Assembly (NCBI RefSeq): GCF_035910975.1
Contig: NZ_JAMHWM010000026.1
Span: 63,042 to 127,041 of the forward strand
Reading direction: 5' to 3'
DNA: 64,000 bases
Source: Sphingomonas sp.
GTDB taxonomy: Bacteria > Pseudomonadota > Alphaproteobacteria > Sphingomonadales > Sphingomonadaceae
Shown piece after piece: positions 50,870 through 60,239 of the stretch; the first letter of the stretch is position 1, and every line of letters starts with the position of its first letter. The notes beneath the pieces were generated by a model that was not told the DNA's origin, did no database searches, and saw nothing but the letters and a program-made list of their open reading frames with translations. A program made the position numbers and the translations under genes.

Positions 50870-52651
50870 TCAAAGAACGATGACGTCGGCGTCGGGCGCG
50901 TCGGCGTACAGCCGCTCGACGTCGCCAGAACGGCGGGCGATGACCGCGCGGCGGTTGATCGTGCCCTTGTCGGACATTTCATGCGCATTGGCCGATGGCG
51001 GTTCATCGAGGAGCAGCGCGCGGGATATCCTCGACGATCCGCCGTGCTGGCCCGCGTTGAACGCGCGCAGCCCGGCCTCGATATCCGCGCGCCCCGCGCC
51101 GCCGACGGTCCACAGCATCAGCGTCAGGTACGGCCGGTTCTCATCGCACAGCACGACATCGCGGACATGCGGCGCCAGGGCCTTGAGCAACTGGTCGCGC
51201 AGCGCCCCGCCATAGACCCACGCGCCGCTCGACAGCTTGAATTCCTCCGCCGCACGCCCGGCGAAAGCCAGTCCCGCCTCGGGCCGCGCATCGTCATGGA
51301 ACACCGCCATGTCGCCGGTGCGATAAAAGCCCTCGTCGTCGAACGCCTGGGCGGTCTTCTCAGGCTCGTCGAGGTAGCCGCGGGTAACGTTCGGCCCCTT
51401 CGCGCGCACCTCGTAACGGTCGCCCGCCGGCACCAGCTTCACCACCGCGCCCGGCGCGGGCAGGCCGATGCCCACCCGGTCGCTCTCGAAATAGATCGCC
51501 ATGAACGCCGACACCGTCTCGGTCGAACCATAGCCGGACGTCAGCGTGATACGGTGCCCGGTTTCCGCCACCGCGCACGCCTGCAGCCTGTCGTAGGTCG
51601 GCTGGCTCAAACCCGCGCCGCCATAGAGCATCAGCACCAGCCGCGAGAAGAAATTGCGGCGCAACACCGCATCCTGCTCCAGCGCCTCGACCAGCATCGT
51701 GTAGCCGAGCGGCACATTGTTGAAATAGCGCACCGGCACGTCGCGCAGGTTGCGGATCGATTCCTCGAACAGGCCGGGCACCGGCTTGCCGTCGTCGATG
51801 TACAGCGTGCCGCCTTCGGTCAGCGTGGTGCGCAGCACGAACGCGCCGGCCGCATGATGCCACGGCAGCCAGTCGAGCATCGTGTCGTGCCACCCGGCCG
51901 CCTCGCCGATCATCTGGCGGCACTGGATCGAATTGGCGCCCAGGTTGGCGAAGCTGATCTCGACCATCTTGGGCAGGCCGGTCGATCCCGACGTCAGCAT
52001 ATAGGCAGCGATGTCGTCCGGGCGGATCGCGTCGATCGCCACCTGCACCGCACCGGTCGGCACCGCCGCGTAGAGATCGCCAAGCGCCGTGGCCGGGCTG
52101 GGCGAGGCGGCGGGATCTGCGGTGACGAGGATCGCATCGCCCAGGTCGAGCGCCGCGAGCGCCGGTGCCAGCTTCGCCGTGTTTTCCGCGACGACGATGC
52201 CCGGCTTCACCTTGGCGATCACATGCGCCAGCCGGCCGTAATCGCCGCCCAGCGCGCCATAGGCCGAACTGACCGGACACACCGGCAGCCCCGCCGCCCA
52301 GGCCGCGAAGGTCAGGGCAGCGAACGCCGGCGTATTGTCGGCGATCAGCAGCAACGGTCGATCGGCCGGCGCGTGATCGAGCAGCCACTGCGTCGCCGCG
52401 TCGATCCGCCCCTTCAATTCACGATAGCTAAGCGTCGCCCAGCCATCGCGCCCGGCCTCGCGCCACGCCAGCGCGACCTTGTCGCCCTGCTGGCCCACAC
52501 TGTCGGCCAGCGCGCGGGGCAGGTTCGCGTCGAAATCGCCGATCGGCACGTTGCTGCGCAGCAGGATCGTGCCGTCGTCGCGCCGTTCGACATCCAGATC
52601 GACCGGCAACAGCTTCGCTTCGCGGAACGGGGGAAGTGCGCCCTCGGTCAT
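50870..52651 (-). CDS. Feruloyl-CoA-synthetase-like acyl-CoA ligase
   Basis: ERRDDGTILLRS N-terminus, LTSGSTGLPK, WLPWHH, GYGSTET, AEEFKLSSGAWV and EMSDKGTINRRAV; ATG 52651. Confidence 0.85.
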   Translation of the reverse strand: MTEGALPPFREAKLLPVDLDVERRDDGTILLRSNVPIGDFDANLPRALADSVGQQGDKVALAWREAGRDGWATLSYRELKGRIDAATQWLLDHAPADRPLLLIADNTPAFAALTFAAWAAGLPVCPVSSAYGALGGDYGRLAHVIAKVKPGIVVAENTAKLAPALAALDLGDAILVTADPAASPSPATALGDLYAAVPTGAVQVAIDAIRPDDIAAYMLTSGSTGLPKMVEISFANLGANSIQCRQMIGEAAGWHDTMLDWLPWHHAAGAFVLRTTLTEGGTLYIDDGKPVPGLFEESIRNLRDVPVRYFNNVPLGYTMLVEALEQDAVLRRNFFSRLVLMLYGGAGLSQPTYDRLQACAVAETGHRITLTSGYGSTETVSAFMAIYFESDRVGIGLPAPGAVVKLVPAGDRYEVRAKGPNVTRGYLDEPEKTAQAFDDEGFYRTGDMAVFHDDARPEAGLAFAGRAAEEFKLSSGAWVYGGALRDQLLKALAPHVRDVVLCDENRPYLTLMLWTVGGAGRADIEAGLRAFNAGQHGGSSRISRALLLDEPPSANAHEMSDKGTINRRAVIARRSGDVERLYADAPDADVIVL

Positions 52652-52653
52652 CG

Positions 52654-53160
52654 TCAGACGGCCGGACGGTCCAGCATCGCGTCGACGGTCGCCCGCACAC
52701 CCTTGCCGGCGATCTGTTCCTCCTGCAGCCGGCCTTCGAAATATTCGCGCCAGTGGCGGATCTTGCCGCCTTCGTAATTCAGGATGCCGCAATAGGGGAT
52801 GGCGACGCGGGTGCCGTCGATCGTGTCGAATTCGTCGACACCCTCCATCCACACCGTGTCGCCCACCTGCGCCACGTCGAACAGCCGCCAGCGGTTGTTC
52901 TTCAGCCGGCCCTTCATCGCCTCCAGCGTCTTGGCCATCTGCGCCTTGCCCTGGATCGGCGGCTTCAGCCCGCCCGAATTGTTCCAGGTCACATCGTCGT
53001 GCAGTTCGGCGAGCACGCCGTCCGCATCGGCGCGATGCCAGCTTTCGATCACGCGCTTCAGGCTGGCGATATGGTCGGCCATGTTTCTCTCCTTCGCTAG
53101 TGCCGGATAGGTGACGGCGACAGCCATCCCCCCGATCAGTATCGTCCTGCGATCGATCAC
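52654..53160 (-). CDS. NTF2/limonene-epoxide-hydrolase-like protein with optional Tat leader
   Basis: GTG 53160 overlapping the thiolase stop (MIDRRTILIGG…ALA), internal ATG 53082 with a strong RBS; WMEGVD…HWREYFE. Confidence 0.75.
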   Translation of the reverse strand: MIDRRTILIGGMAVAVTYPALAKERNMADHIASLKRVIESWHRADADGVLAELHDDVTWNNSGGLKPPIQGKAQMAKTLEAMKGRLKNNRWRLFDVAQVGDTVWMEGVDEFDTIDGTRVAIPYCGILNYEGGKIRHWREYFEGRLQEEQIAGKGVRATVDAMLDRPAV

Positions 53161-54368
53161 CGCTGCACCACCAGACTGACCGTGGTCGTGGTCGATCCGC
53201 CGATGTTGAGCGTCTGGACGGTCCGCGCCCCTTCGACCTGATAGTCGCCGGCGGTGCCCGTCACCTGCTTGAACGCGTCGAGTGCCATGCGCACGCCGGT
53301 GGCGCCGACTGGATGGCCGCAACCGATCAGCCCGCCCGATGCGTTTATCGGATTGGCGCCGCCGATCGCGATCGACCCGTCCTCGACGCGTTTCCACGCC
53401 TCGCCCGGCGCGGCGAGGCCGAGGTGCTCGATCGCCATATATTCGGTCATGCTGAAACAGTCGTGGACCTCATAGGCGTCAACCCGGTCCACCCCGGCGC
53501 GCGCGCGCGCTTCGTCCGCCGCGCGCTTGACCTGCGGAAAGACATAGCCCGACGGGTCGCGCGCATCGAGCTTGCGCCGCGCCGCGATCGGCGCGGAGCG
53601 ATGCCCCCAGCCGGCGATGCGCGGCAGGCTGGCGACATCGATCCCGCGTTCTTCGGCATAACGCTTCGCCCGGTCGGCGCTGGCGAGGAAGATCACGCTG
53701 GCGCCGTCGGTCACCTGGCCGCAATCGGTCTTGCGCACGCGGCCCTCGACGATCGGATTGGCTTCGGGATCGTCGGTGAAGCTCGCCGCGCCGAACTGCC
53801 AACCGCGGGTCTGCGCGTTGGGATTGCGGCGACCGTTGGCGAAATTGATCTCGGAAATGCGCGACAGATGGCGCGGATCGATGCCGAAACGCCTGTCATA
53901 CTCCTCGGTCAGGTCGGAAAAGGCGCGCGGCCAGACATAGGTGGCGTCGCCGAATTCATGCCCGGTCCATGCCGCCGCGCCCAGATGCTGCGCAGCAATC
54001 AGGCCCGGCACGTTGCGCATCTGCTCCATGCCCACAACGCAGGCGAGGTCGTAGCGCCCCGCCTCGATCTCCGCCGTCGCCGCCAGGATCGCGACCGATC
54101 CGCTGGCGCAAGCGGCCTCGTGGCGGCTGGTCGGCAGGCCGTCGAAATCCGGGTGGACCAGCCCGAAGAAACCGCCGAGCAGCCCCTGTCCGGCGAACAG
54201 TTCGGCGACGAAATTGCCGACATGGCCGGTCTCGACCTCCCTCGCGTCCAGCTTTGTCGCGTCGAGCCCGGCCTCGACCGTCTCGGCAAAGGCATCGGCC
54301 AGGTCGACGCCGCGGCGCGACCAGTTGTCCGCGAAATCGCTCTGCCAGCCGCCGAGGATATAGGTCAC
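53157..54368 (-). CDS. SCP2-type (SCP-x-like) thiolase / acetyl-CoA acetyltransferase
   Basis: HEAACASGS, VHDCF, GHPVGATG and LNIGGS. Confidence 0.88.
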   Translation of the reverse strand: MTYILGGWQSDFADNWSRRGVDLADAFAETVEAGLDATKLDAREVETGHVGNFVAELFAGQGLLGGFFGLVHPDFDGLPTSRHEAACASGSVAILAATAEIEAGRYDLACVVGMEQMRNVPGLIAAQHLGAAAWTGHEFGDATYVWPRAFSDLTEEYDRRFGIDPRHLSRISEINFANGRRNPNAQTRGWQFGAASFTDDPEANPIVEGRVRKTDCGQVTDGASVIFLASADRAKRYAEERGIDVASLPRIAGWGHRSAPIAARRKLDARDPSGYVFPQVKRAADEARARAGVDRVDAYEVHDCFSMTEYMAIEHLGLAAPGEAWKRVEDGSIAIGGANPINASGGLIGCGHPVGATGVRMALDAFKQVTGTAGDYQVEGARTVQTLNIGGSTTTTVSLVVQR

Positions 54369-54400
54369 CGGGCCTCTCCGATTCGTGCTGACGCAAAGTC

Positions 54401-54417
54401 AGTCTGATTAAGCAAGC
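54401..54417 (-). promoter_or_regulatory. Cluster operator motif, copy 1
   Basis: Minus strand GCTTGCTTAATCAGACT, between the MFS stop and the thiolase start. Confidence 0.65.
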
Positions 54418-55788
54418 TTATGTCGGGATAGCGCCGGGGTCAACCGGGTTCGCCGCCGCCAACGCGCTCACCGCGCGGCCGAACGGGCGGATCGACAGCA
54501 ACACCATCGTCCCCGCGATCGGGCCCAGTATCACCGTCGCCAGCGCGATCGCCGGCCCCAGCGCTGCAGGATCGCCAAGCACATGTTCGGTGATGAGCGC
54601 GACGCTGACCGGGCCGATCGTCAGCCCGACCAGCCCCAGCACGAAATAATAGAGCGCCGCCGTGCGGCCGCGCAGGTCGCCCGGCGCCGCCTCGCACAAT
54701 GCCGCGACCGCGATCCCGCCCGACGCGGTGAAGGCGACCATGCCCGGTGCAAGGATGTAGAGCGCGGTCCAGCCGTCTGGCGCGAGGCATGCGGCGATCA
54801 GCAGCGGGGTGACCAGCAGGATCGACAGCCCGGTCACCTTCAGGCTCGCCGCCTGCACGCCGCGCATCGCCAGCCGCGACGCCAGCCACCCGGCGCCGGC
54901 CAGTCCGAATCCACCGAACACCATCACGACGAAGCCGTAGCGCAGCCCCACCTCGCCCGCCGTCCAGCCGAACGCACGAATGAAATAGGCCGGCATCCAG
55001 CTCAGCACGCCGTAGATCAGCACGCAGTAGCAGGCCATGCCGCCCAGGTGCAGGACATGGAATCCGCGATGCCGGCGGATGTGGGCGATCAGCCCGCTGC
55101 CGCCCGTTTCCTGACGCACCGCCGCCTCGCGCCGCGCCGGCTCCGTGACGAAGGCGAGCAGCACGACGACGATCAGCCCGCCCAGCCCGACGATCACGAA
55201 CGTCGCCTGCCACGGCGCGAGCAGGCCGACGATCGGCAGTTTCAGCCCCTGTGTCTTCGAAATCGCCTGGATCGCGGCACCGCCCAGCATCAGCGCGAGG
55301 CCCGCGCCGATCGACGACGCCATCGAATAGACGCTGATCGGAAACGCGCGCTTCTCCGGCGGGAAGCTGTCGCCGATCATGCTGATCGCGGCGGGCGACA
55401 ATGTCGCCTCGCCCGCGCCCACGCCCATCCGCGCGACGAATATCTGCCAGAAGTTCGACGACAGCCCGCATGCTGCCGTCGCCAGGCACCAGAAGGTGAC
55501 GCCGCCGGCGATCACCTTCTTGCGCGATACGCGATCGACCAGCCAGCCGAGCGGCATGCCCATCGCGATGTAGAACAGCCCGAACGCCAGCCCCTGCAGC
55601 AGCGCGATCTGCGTATCGCTCAGCCCCAGGTCGGCCTTGATCGGATCGATCAGCAGGCTCAGGATCGTGCGGTCGACGAAGCTGACGGTGTAGCCCAGCG
55701 TCAGCACCGCCACCGTGAGCCAGCTGCGCGCCGGGGACGGCCAGCCGCCCGTCACGCCCGCCGACGGTGCCGTCGCCCCGGCCATCAC
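54418..55788 (-). CDS. Spinster-like MFS transporter
   Basis: YTVSFVDRTILSLL, GVGAGEATLSPAA and DSFPPEKRA. Confidence 0.9.
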   Translation of the reverse strand: MMAGATAPSAGVTGGWPSPARSWLTVAVLTLGYTVSFVDRTILSLLIDPIKADLGLSDTQIALLQGLAFGLFYIAMGMPLGWLVDRVSRKKVIAGGVTFWCLATAACGLSSNFWQIFVARMGVGAGEATLSPAAISMIGDSFPPEKRAFPISVYSMASSIGAGLALMLGGAAIQAISKTQGLKLPIVGLLAPWQATFVIVGLGGLIVVVLLAFVTEPARREAAVRQETGGSGLIAHIRRHRGFHVLHLGGMACYCVLIYGVLSWMPAYFIRAFGWTAGEVGLRYGFVVMVFGGFGLAGAGWLASRLAMRGVQAASLKVTGLSILLVTPLLIAACLAPDGWTALYILAPGMVAFTASGGIAVAALCEAAPGDLRGRTAALYYFVLGLVGLTIGPVSVALITEHVLGDPAALGPAIALATVILGPIAGTMVLLSIRPFGRAVSALAAANPVDPGAIPT

Positions 55789-56198
55789 CGCGTTGCTGAA
55801 TCGAAGTCCTGCACCACGCCCATCTCGCTCAGCAGATGGTGGCGGTCATAATATTCGCGCCAGACCTTGATCTTGTCGCCCTCGAACTCGAGCGCGCCGC
55901 ACACAGGCGCGGCACCGGGCTTGCCGTTGCACACGAAGGTGTCGAGCCGCTCCATGTACAGCGTCCCGTTGATGACGCCCATGTTGCGAACCTGCAGGTC
56001 GATCGACGAGGCAAGCGCGCCGAGCCCGGAAATCCGTTTGTGGATCGCATCGCGGCCGACGATCGGGTCGATCATCATCGAATGCAGCACGGCATCCTCG
56101 GTCATCAGCGCGGCGGCGGCGTCCCAGTCCATCGCGTTCCACGCCGTGATCATCTCGTGACCGACCTCGATCTTGCGTGCGTCGGATGCCTCGCTCAT
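55785..56198 (-). CDS. Limonene-1,2-epoxide hydrolase family protein
   Basis: MERLD and VWREYYD reproduce the R-x-D…D catalytic arrangement of LEH. Confidence 0.8.
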   Translation of the reverse strand: MSEASDARKIEVGHEMITAWNAMDWDAAAALMTEDAVLHSMMIDPIVGRDAIHKRISGLGALASSIDLQVRNMGVINGTLYMERLDTFVCNGKPGAAPVCGALEFEGDKIKVWREYYDRHHLLSEMGVVQDFDSATR

Positions 56199-56216
56199 CG
56201 CCTGTCTCTCCAGTTA

Positions 56217-56233
56217 AGTCGTTTTATGCAAGT
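56217..56233 (-). promoter_or_regulatory. Cluster operator motif, copy 2
   Basis: Minus strand ACTTGCATAAAACGACT, downstream of TTGACA (56263-56258). Confidence 0.7.
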
Positions 56234-56363
56234 GAAGGTGCCGCAGCGGACCGGCCGTGTCAACGCCGACCCAGTCCGGCCTGTCACCGACCACCCGTCG
56301 CACCTAATCCGGCGGGTTGCGGACGCTCTTGACAAGGATCAACTCCGGGCAGATGTTCGTGCC

Positions 56364-56380
56364 GCTTGCTTAAAGCGACT
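56364..56380 (+). promoter_or_regulatory. Cluster operator motif, copy 3
   Basis: GCTTGCTTAAAGCGACT, downstream of TTGACA (56329-56334). Confidence 0.7.
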
Positions 56381-56427
56381 GAGTTCGACCGCCCGATACG
56401 GGGCGGCGACGACCAGGAGAGGATCTG

Positions 56428-58653
56428 ATGGCCGCACGTCCGTTCACCGCCGTTTCGTGTCTCGCGATCGCCGCCGCCTTCGCCGCGCCCGCCGCCGCCC
56501 AGTCGGCTCCACCGCCGGCGCAGCAGGAGGCTGACGGTCCGCAGGTCGCCGACGTCGTCGTCACCGCGCGCAAGCGCGAGGAAAGCCTGCAGGACGTGCC
56601 GATCGCGGTGACCGCCTACTCGGGCGACGCGATCCGCGACGCGCAGATCGTCGATCTTTCCGCCATTGCCGGCCGCACCCCCAGCTTCACCTTCCAGAAA
56701 CAGGGGTCGATCGAGCAGGAGGCATTCATCCGCGGCGTCGGCACCGTCCGCCTGACCAGCGCCACCGCCGACCCGTCCGTCGGCCTGTTCATCAACGAGG
56801 TCTATATCGGCCGCCGCGGTGCCGCGACGCCCCCGATATTCGATCTCGAGCGGGTCGAGGTGCTTCGCGGTCCGCAGGGCACGATCTTCGGCAAGAACGT
56901 GGTCGGCGGCGCGGTCAGCCTCATCACCGGCGCGCCGCGCTTCGAATTCGGCGGCGCGGCCTATATCGCCGCCGGCAATTACGGCACCGTCCAGTCGGAA
57001 GCCCATGTGACGGGCGCGCTCAGCGACACCGTCGCCGCGCGCATCGCCTTCGCCACCGACCGCCACGACGGCTACAGCCGCAACATCGTCAACGGCCAGG
57101 AACTGGAGGACACCAACGGCTATGCCGGACGCCTGTCCTTCCTGGTCAACGCCTCCGATCGCCTGACGCTCAACTTCGTCGGCGACGTCAGCCACGATTC
57201 GGGCGGCGGCCAGGCCCGCCACGCAGTCGATGACCCGACCCGCGCGGGCGTCGGAGCCATCGCGGCGGCGAACCTGTCCAGCGATCCGCGCACCACCTTC
57301 ACACCGTATGAGCAGTTCCAGCGCCGCACGACCTACGGCTTCTCCGCGCGGGCCGACTATGACTTCGGCGGCGCGACGCTCACCTATCTCGGCGCGCTGC
57401 GCGGCGGCGATTCGGGACAGCGCTTCAGCCAGGCCGGCGCCGGCGCACCGCCGTCGCTGACCGATTCGGTGCTCACCCAGTTCGAGAAATACACCGGCGT
57501 CACGCAGGAACTGCGCATCGCCTCCGATCCCGCCAAGCAGCTCCGCTGGCTGCTCGGCCTCTACTATCTGCGCGAGGAAACCGATCGCAGCTCGGAAAAC
57601 GCCGCGCGTTCGGCCCTGCCCGGCGGCCCCGGCGGCACCCGCGACAGCCTCGACGGCGTGAACAACTTCACCCAGAACGGCGTGGCATCCAACTATGCCG
57701 CGTTCGGTGAAGTCGAATATGAATTCATGCCCGGGCTGACCGCGTCGCTCGGCGCGCGCTACACCATCGACAACAAGGTGACGGACGCGTCCGCCACGAT
57801 CATCAGCTTCGGCATGCCCGGCGACATCCTGTCACCCGCGCCGCTGCGCACACCGTACAACATCTCGGTCGAGAACACCTGGCGCGAGCTGACCCCGCGC
57901 GCCGCGCTCGAATGGAAGGCGTCGGACAATGTCCTCGTCTACGCATCCGCGGCGAAGGGCTTCAAGGGCGGCGGCTGGCAGGCTGCGACCCCCGATCCGG
58001 TCACCGCGGCGCGGCCGTTCAACCCGGAAACCGCGTGGAACTATGAAATCGGCATCAAGAGCGACCTGTTCGATCGCCGTGTCCGCCTGAACCTCGCGGC
58101 CTTCCGCCTCGACTTCAACGACCTCCAGGTCGAACAGCTCGACGACGTGCTGCTGACCACCGTCGTAACCAACGCCGCCAGCGCGAAGATCCAGGGTATC
58201 GAGGGCGAGGTCTCGCTCGCCGTTACCGAGGGCTTCACCCTGTCCGGCTCCGGCTCGATCCTCGACGCCAAGTACAAGCTCTATGTCGATCCCCGCCGCA
58301 ACATCACCTACACCGGCAACTCGCTACCGCGCACGCCAGACTATCAATTCTCGGTCGCGGCGGACCTGAAGCAGCCCATCGGCGGCGATCTGGAGCTGAT
58401 GGCGAACGCCAGCTACACCTATCAGGACACATTCTTCTACGGCCCCGACAACACCAATTTCGAGCCTGGCTACGGCCTGCTCGACGCGCGGCTCGGCATC
58501 GGCAAAATCGGCGGCCGCTGGGCGGTGTCGCTTTGGGGCAAGAACCTGACCAACCGTTTGTACCGTACCAGCGTGATCCCGTTCCTGGGCGACGAATCCT
58601 CGCTCTACGGCGCCCCACGCACCTACGGCGTCCGTCTCTCGTCGAAATTCTGA
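56428..58653 (+). CDS. TonB-dependent receptor
   Basis: DVVVTARKREESLQDVP, LERVEVLRGPQGTIFGKN; C-terminal YGAPRTYGVRLSSKF. Confidence 0.95.
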   Translation: MAARPFTAVSCLAIAAAFAAPAAAQSAPPPAQQEADGPQVADVVVTARKREESLQDVPIAVTAYSGDAIRDAQIVDLSAIAGRTPSFTFQKQGSIEQEAFIRGVGTVRLTSATADPSVGLFINEVYIGRRGAATPPIFDLERVEVLRGPQGTIFGKNVVGGAVSLITGAPRFEFGGAAYIAAGNYGTVQSEAHVTGALSDTVAARIAFATDRHDGYSRNIVNGQELEDTNGYAGRLSFLVNASDRLTLNFVGDVSHDSGGGQARHAVDDPTRAGVGAIAAANLSSDPRTTFTPYEQFQRRTTYGFSARADYDFGGATLTYLGALRGGDSGQRFSQAGAGAPPSLTDSVLTQFEKYTGVTQELRIASDPAKQLRWLLGLYYLREETDRSSENAARSALPGGPGGTRDSLDGVNNFTQNGVASNYAAFGEVEYEFMPGLTASLGARYTIDNKVTDASATIISFGMPGDILSPAPLRTPYNISVENTWRELTPRAALEWKASDNVLVYASAAKGFKGGGWQAATPDPVTAARPFNPETAWNYEIGIKSDLFDRRVRLNLAAFRLDFNDLQVEQLDDVLLTTVVTNAASAKIQGIEGEVSLAVTEGFTLSGSGSILDAKYKLYVDPRRNITYTGNSLPRTPDYQFSVAADLKQPIGGDLELMANASYTYQDTFFYGPDNTNFEPGYGLLDARLGIGKIGGRWAVSLWGKNLTNRLYRTSVIPFLGDESSLYGAPRTYGVRLSSKF

Positions 58654-58704
58654 GGCCAAAGGGGGCGTGTGACTGGCCGGTGCGGGAGATCGCTCCGGCC
58701 AGTC

Positions 58705-58721
58705 ACTTGCATTACGAGACT
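58705..58721 (+). promoter_or_regulatory. Cluster operator motif, copy 4
   Basis: ACTTGCATTACGAGACT, about 45 nt upstream of the dioxygenase start. Confidence 0.65.
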
Positions 58722-58765
58722 ATCTGGTCTAGGCCAGTAATCAGGCGCAATCCGAAAGACATGTC

Positions 58766-60238
58766 GTGATGAAGGTCGAACGTCTCCCCCCCGTCGTCAC
58801 CAGCCTGAAACCCGGCAACCATCCCTATCTCAACGGCGCCTGGACCCCGCTGCACGAGGAGGTGGACGCCGAGGATCTGGAGGTGATCGCCGGCGCGATT
58901 CCGGCCGACATCGACGGCGTCTACATCCGCAACACCGAAAACCAGGTGCACCAGCCGCTGGGGCGCCATCACCCCTTCGACGGCGACGCGATGATCCACC
59001 AGATCGCGTTCCGGGACGGCAAGGCCAGCTACCGCAACCGCTTCGTCCGCACCCGCTGTTTCGAGGCGGAGCAGGAGGCCGGCCGCTCGCTATGGGGTGG
59101 TCTCGCCGATCCGCCGGGCACCTCGGTCCGTCCCGGCTACGGCGCGCATGGCAGCCTCAAGGACAATGCCTCGACCGACGTCGTCGTCCATGCCGGCAAG
59201 CTCTATTCGACCTTCTACCAGTGCGGCGAGGCCTATACGCTCGACCCGCTGACGCTCGACGATCTCGGCATCGCGCCATGGGCGCCGATCGACGGCGTGT
59301 CGGCACATTGCAAGGTGGACGAGGCGACCGGCGAGCTGCTGTTCTTCAACTATTCGAAGCACGCGCCGTACATGCATTACGGCGTGGTCGATGCCTCGGG
59401 CAAGCGCACCACCTACATGCCGATCCCGCTGCCGGGCCCGCGGTTACCGCACGACATGGCGTTTTCGGAACGCTTCTCGATCCTCAACGACCTGCCGGTG
59501 TTCTGGGATCCGGGCCTGCTGGAGCGCGGCGTCCACGCGGTGCGCTTCTTCCGCGACATTCCCTCGCGTTTCGCCATCGTACCGCGCCACGGCGGCGACG
59601 TCCGCTGGTTCGATGCCGCGCCCTGCTACATCCTCCATTTCCTCAACGCCTATGAGGATGGCGACGAGCTGGTGCTCGACGGCTATTTCCAGGAAGACCC
59701 CACCCCGCCGCCGCTCCACGGCTCGGTCGAGGGCCATGAACACATGATGGCCTATCTCGACATGCACAGTTTCAAGAGCCGCCTGCATCGCTGGCGCTTC
59801 GACCTGAAGACCGGCGCGACGCGCGAGGAGCGGCTGTACGACGGCATCGTCGAATTCGGCATGATGAACGCGCGCTACGCCGGAAAGCCTTATCGCTACG
59901 CCTATTCGGTCACGTCGAAGCCCGGCTGGTTCCTGTTCGACGGCTTCGTCAAGCACGACCTGGAAACGGGCGAGGCGCAGACGATCAAGCTGGAGCCCGG
60001 CCGCTACGCCAGCGAAGCCCCATTCGCCCCGCGGGTCAACGCCTCGTCGGAGGATGACGGCTATCTCGTCAGCTTCGTGATCGACGAAAATCGCGGCACG
60101 TCCGAATGCATATTGATCGACTGCAAGGATTTCGCCGCCGGTCCGGTGTGCCGAATCGCACTGCCGCACAAGATCTCCAGCGGCACGCACTCGGTCTGGG
60201 CCGATCGCGCCTTCATCGAGGGCGGGCGCGCCGCCTGA
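58766..60238 (+). CDS. Carotenoid cleavage oxygenase (RPE65/CCO/LSD) family dioxygenase
   Basis: HPFDGDAMIH, RNRFVRT, four Fe-ligand His (SAHCKVD, LPHDM, ILHFLN, GTHSVW) and SEAPFAPR…EDDGYL. Confidence 0.93.
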   Translation: MMKVERLPPVVTSLKPGNHPYLNGAWTPLHEEVDAEDLEVIAGAIPADIDGVYIRNTENQVHQPLGRHHPFDGDAMIHQIAFRDGKASYRNRFVRTRCFEAEQEAGRSLWGGLADPPGTSVRPGYGAHGSLKDNASTDVVVHAGKLYSTFYQCGEAYTLDPLTLDDLGIAPWAPIDGVSAHCKVDEATGELLFFNYSKHAPYMHYGVVDASGKRTTYMPIPLPGPRLPHDMAFSERFSILNDLPVFWDPGLLERGVHAVRFFRDIPSRFAIVPRHGGDVRWFDAAPCYILHFLNAYEDGDELVLDGYFQEDPTPPPLHGSVEGHEHMMAYLDMHSFKSRLHRWRFDLKTGATREERLYDGIVEFGMMNARYAGKPYRYAYSVTSKPGWFLFDGFVKHDLETGEAQTIKLEPGRYASEAPFAPRVNASSEDDGYLVSFVIDENRGTSECILIDCKDFAAGPVCRIALPHKISSGTHSVWADRAFIEGGRAA

Positions 60239-60239
60239 C

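Noticed and set aside
58766-60238. Calling the CCO a lignostilbene dioxygenase or the 50870 ligase a true feruloyl-CoA synthetase (fcs)
   Set aside because: Family membership is clear but substrate is not, and no ech/vdh or other vanillin-pathway genes are present, so no gene symbols were assigned.
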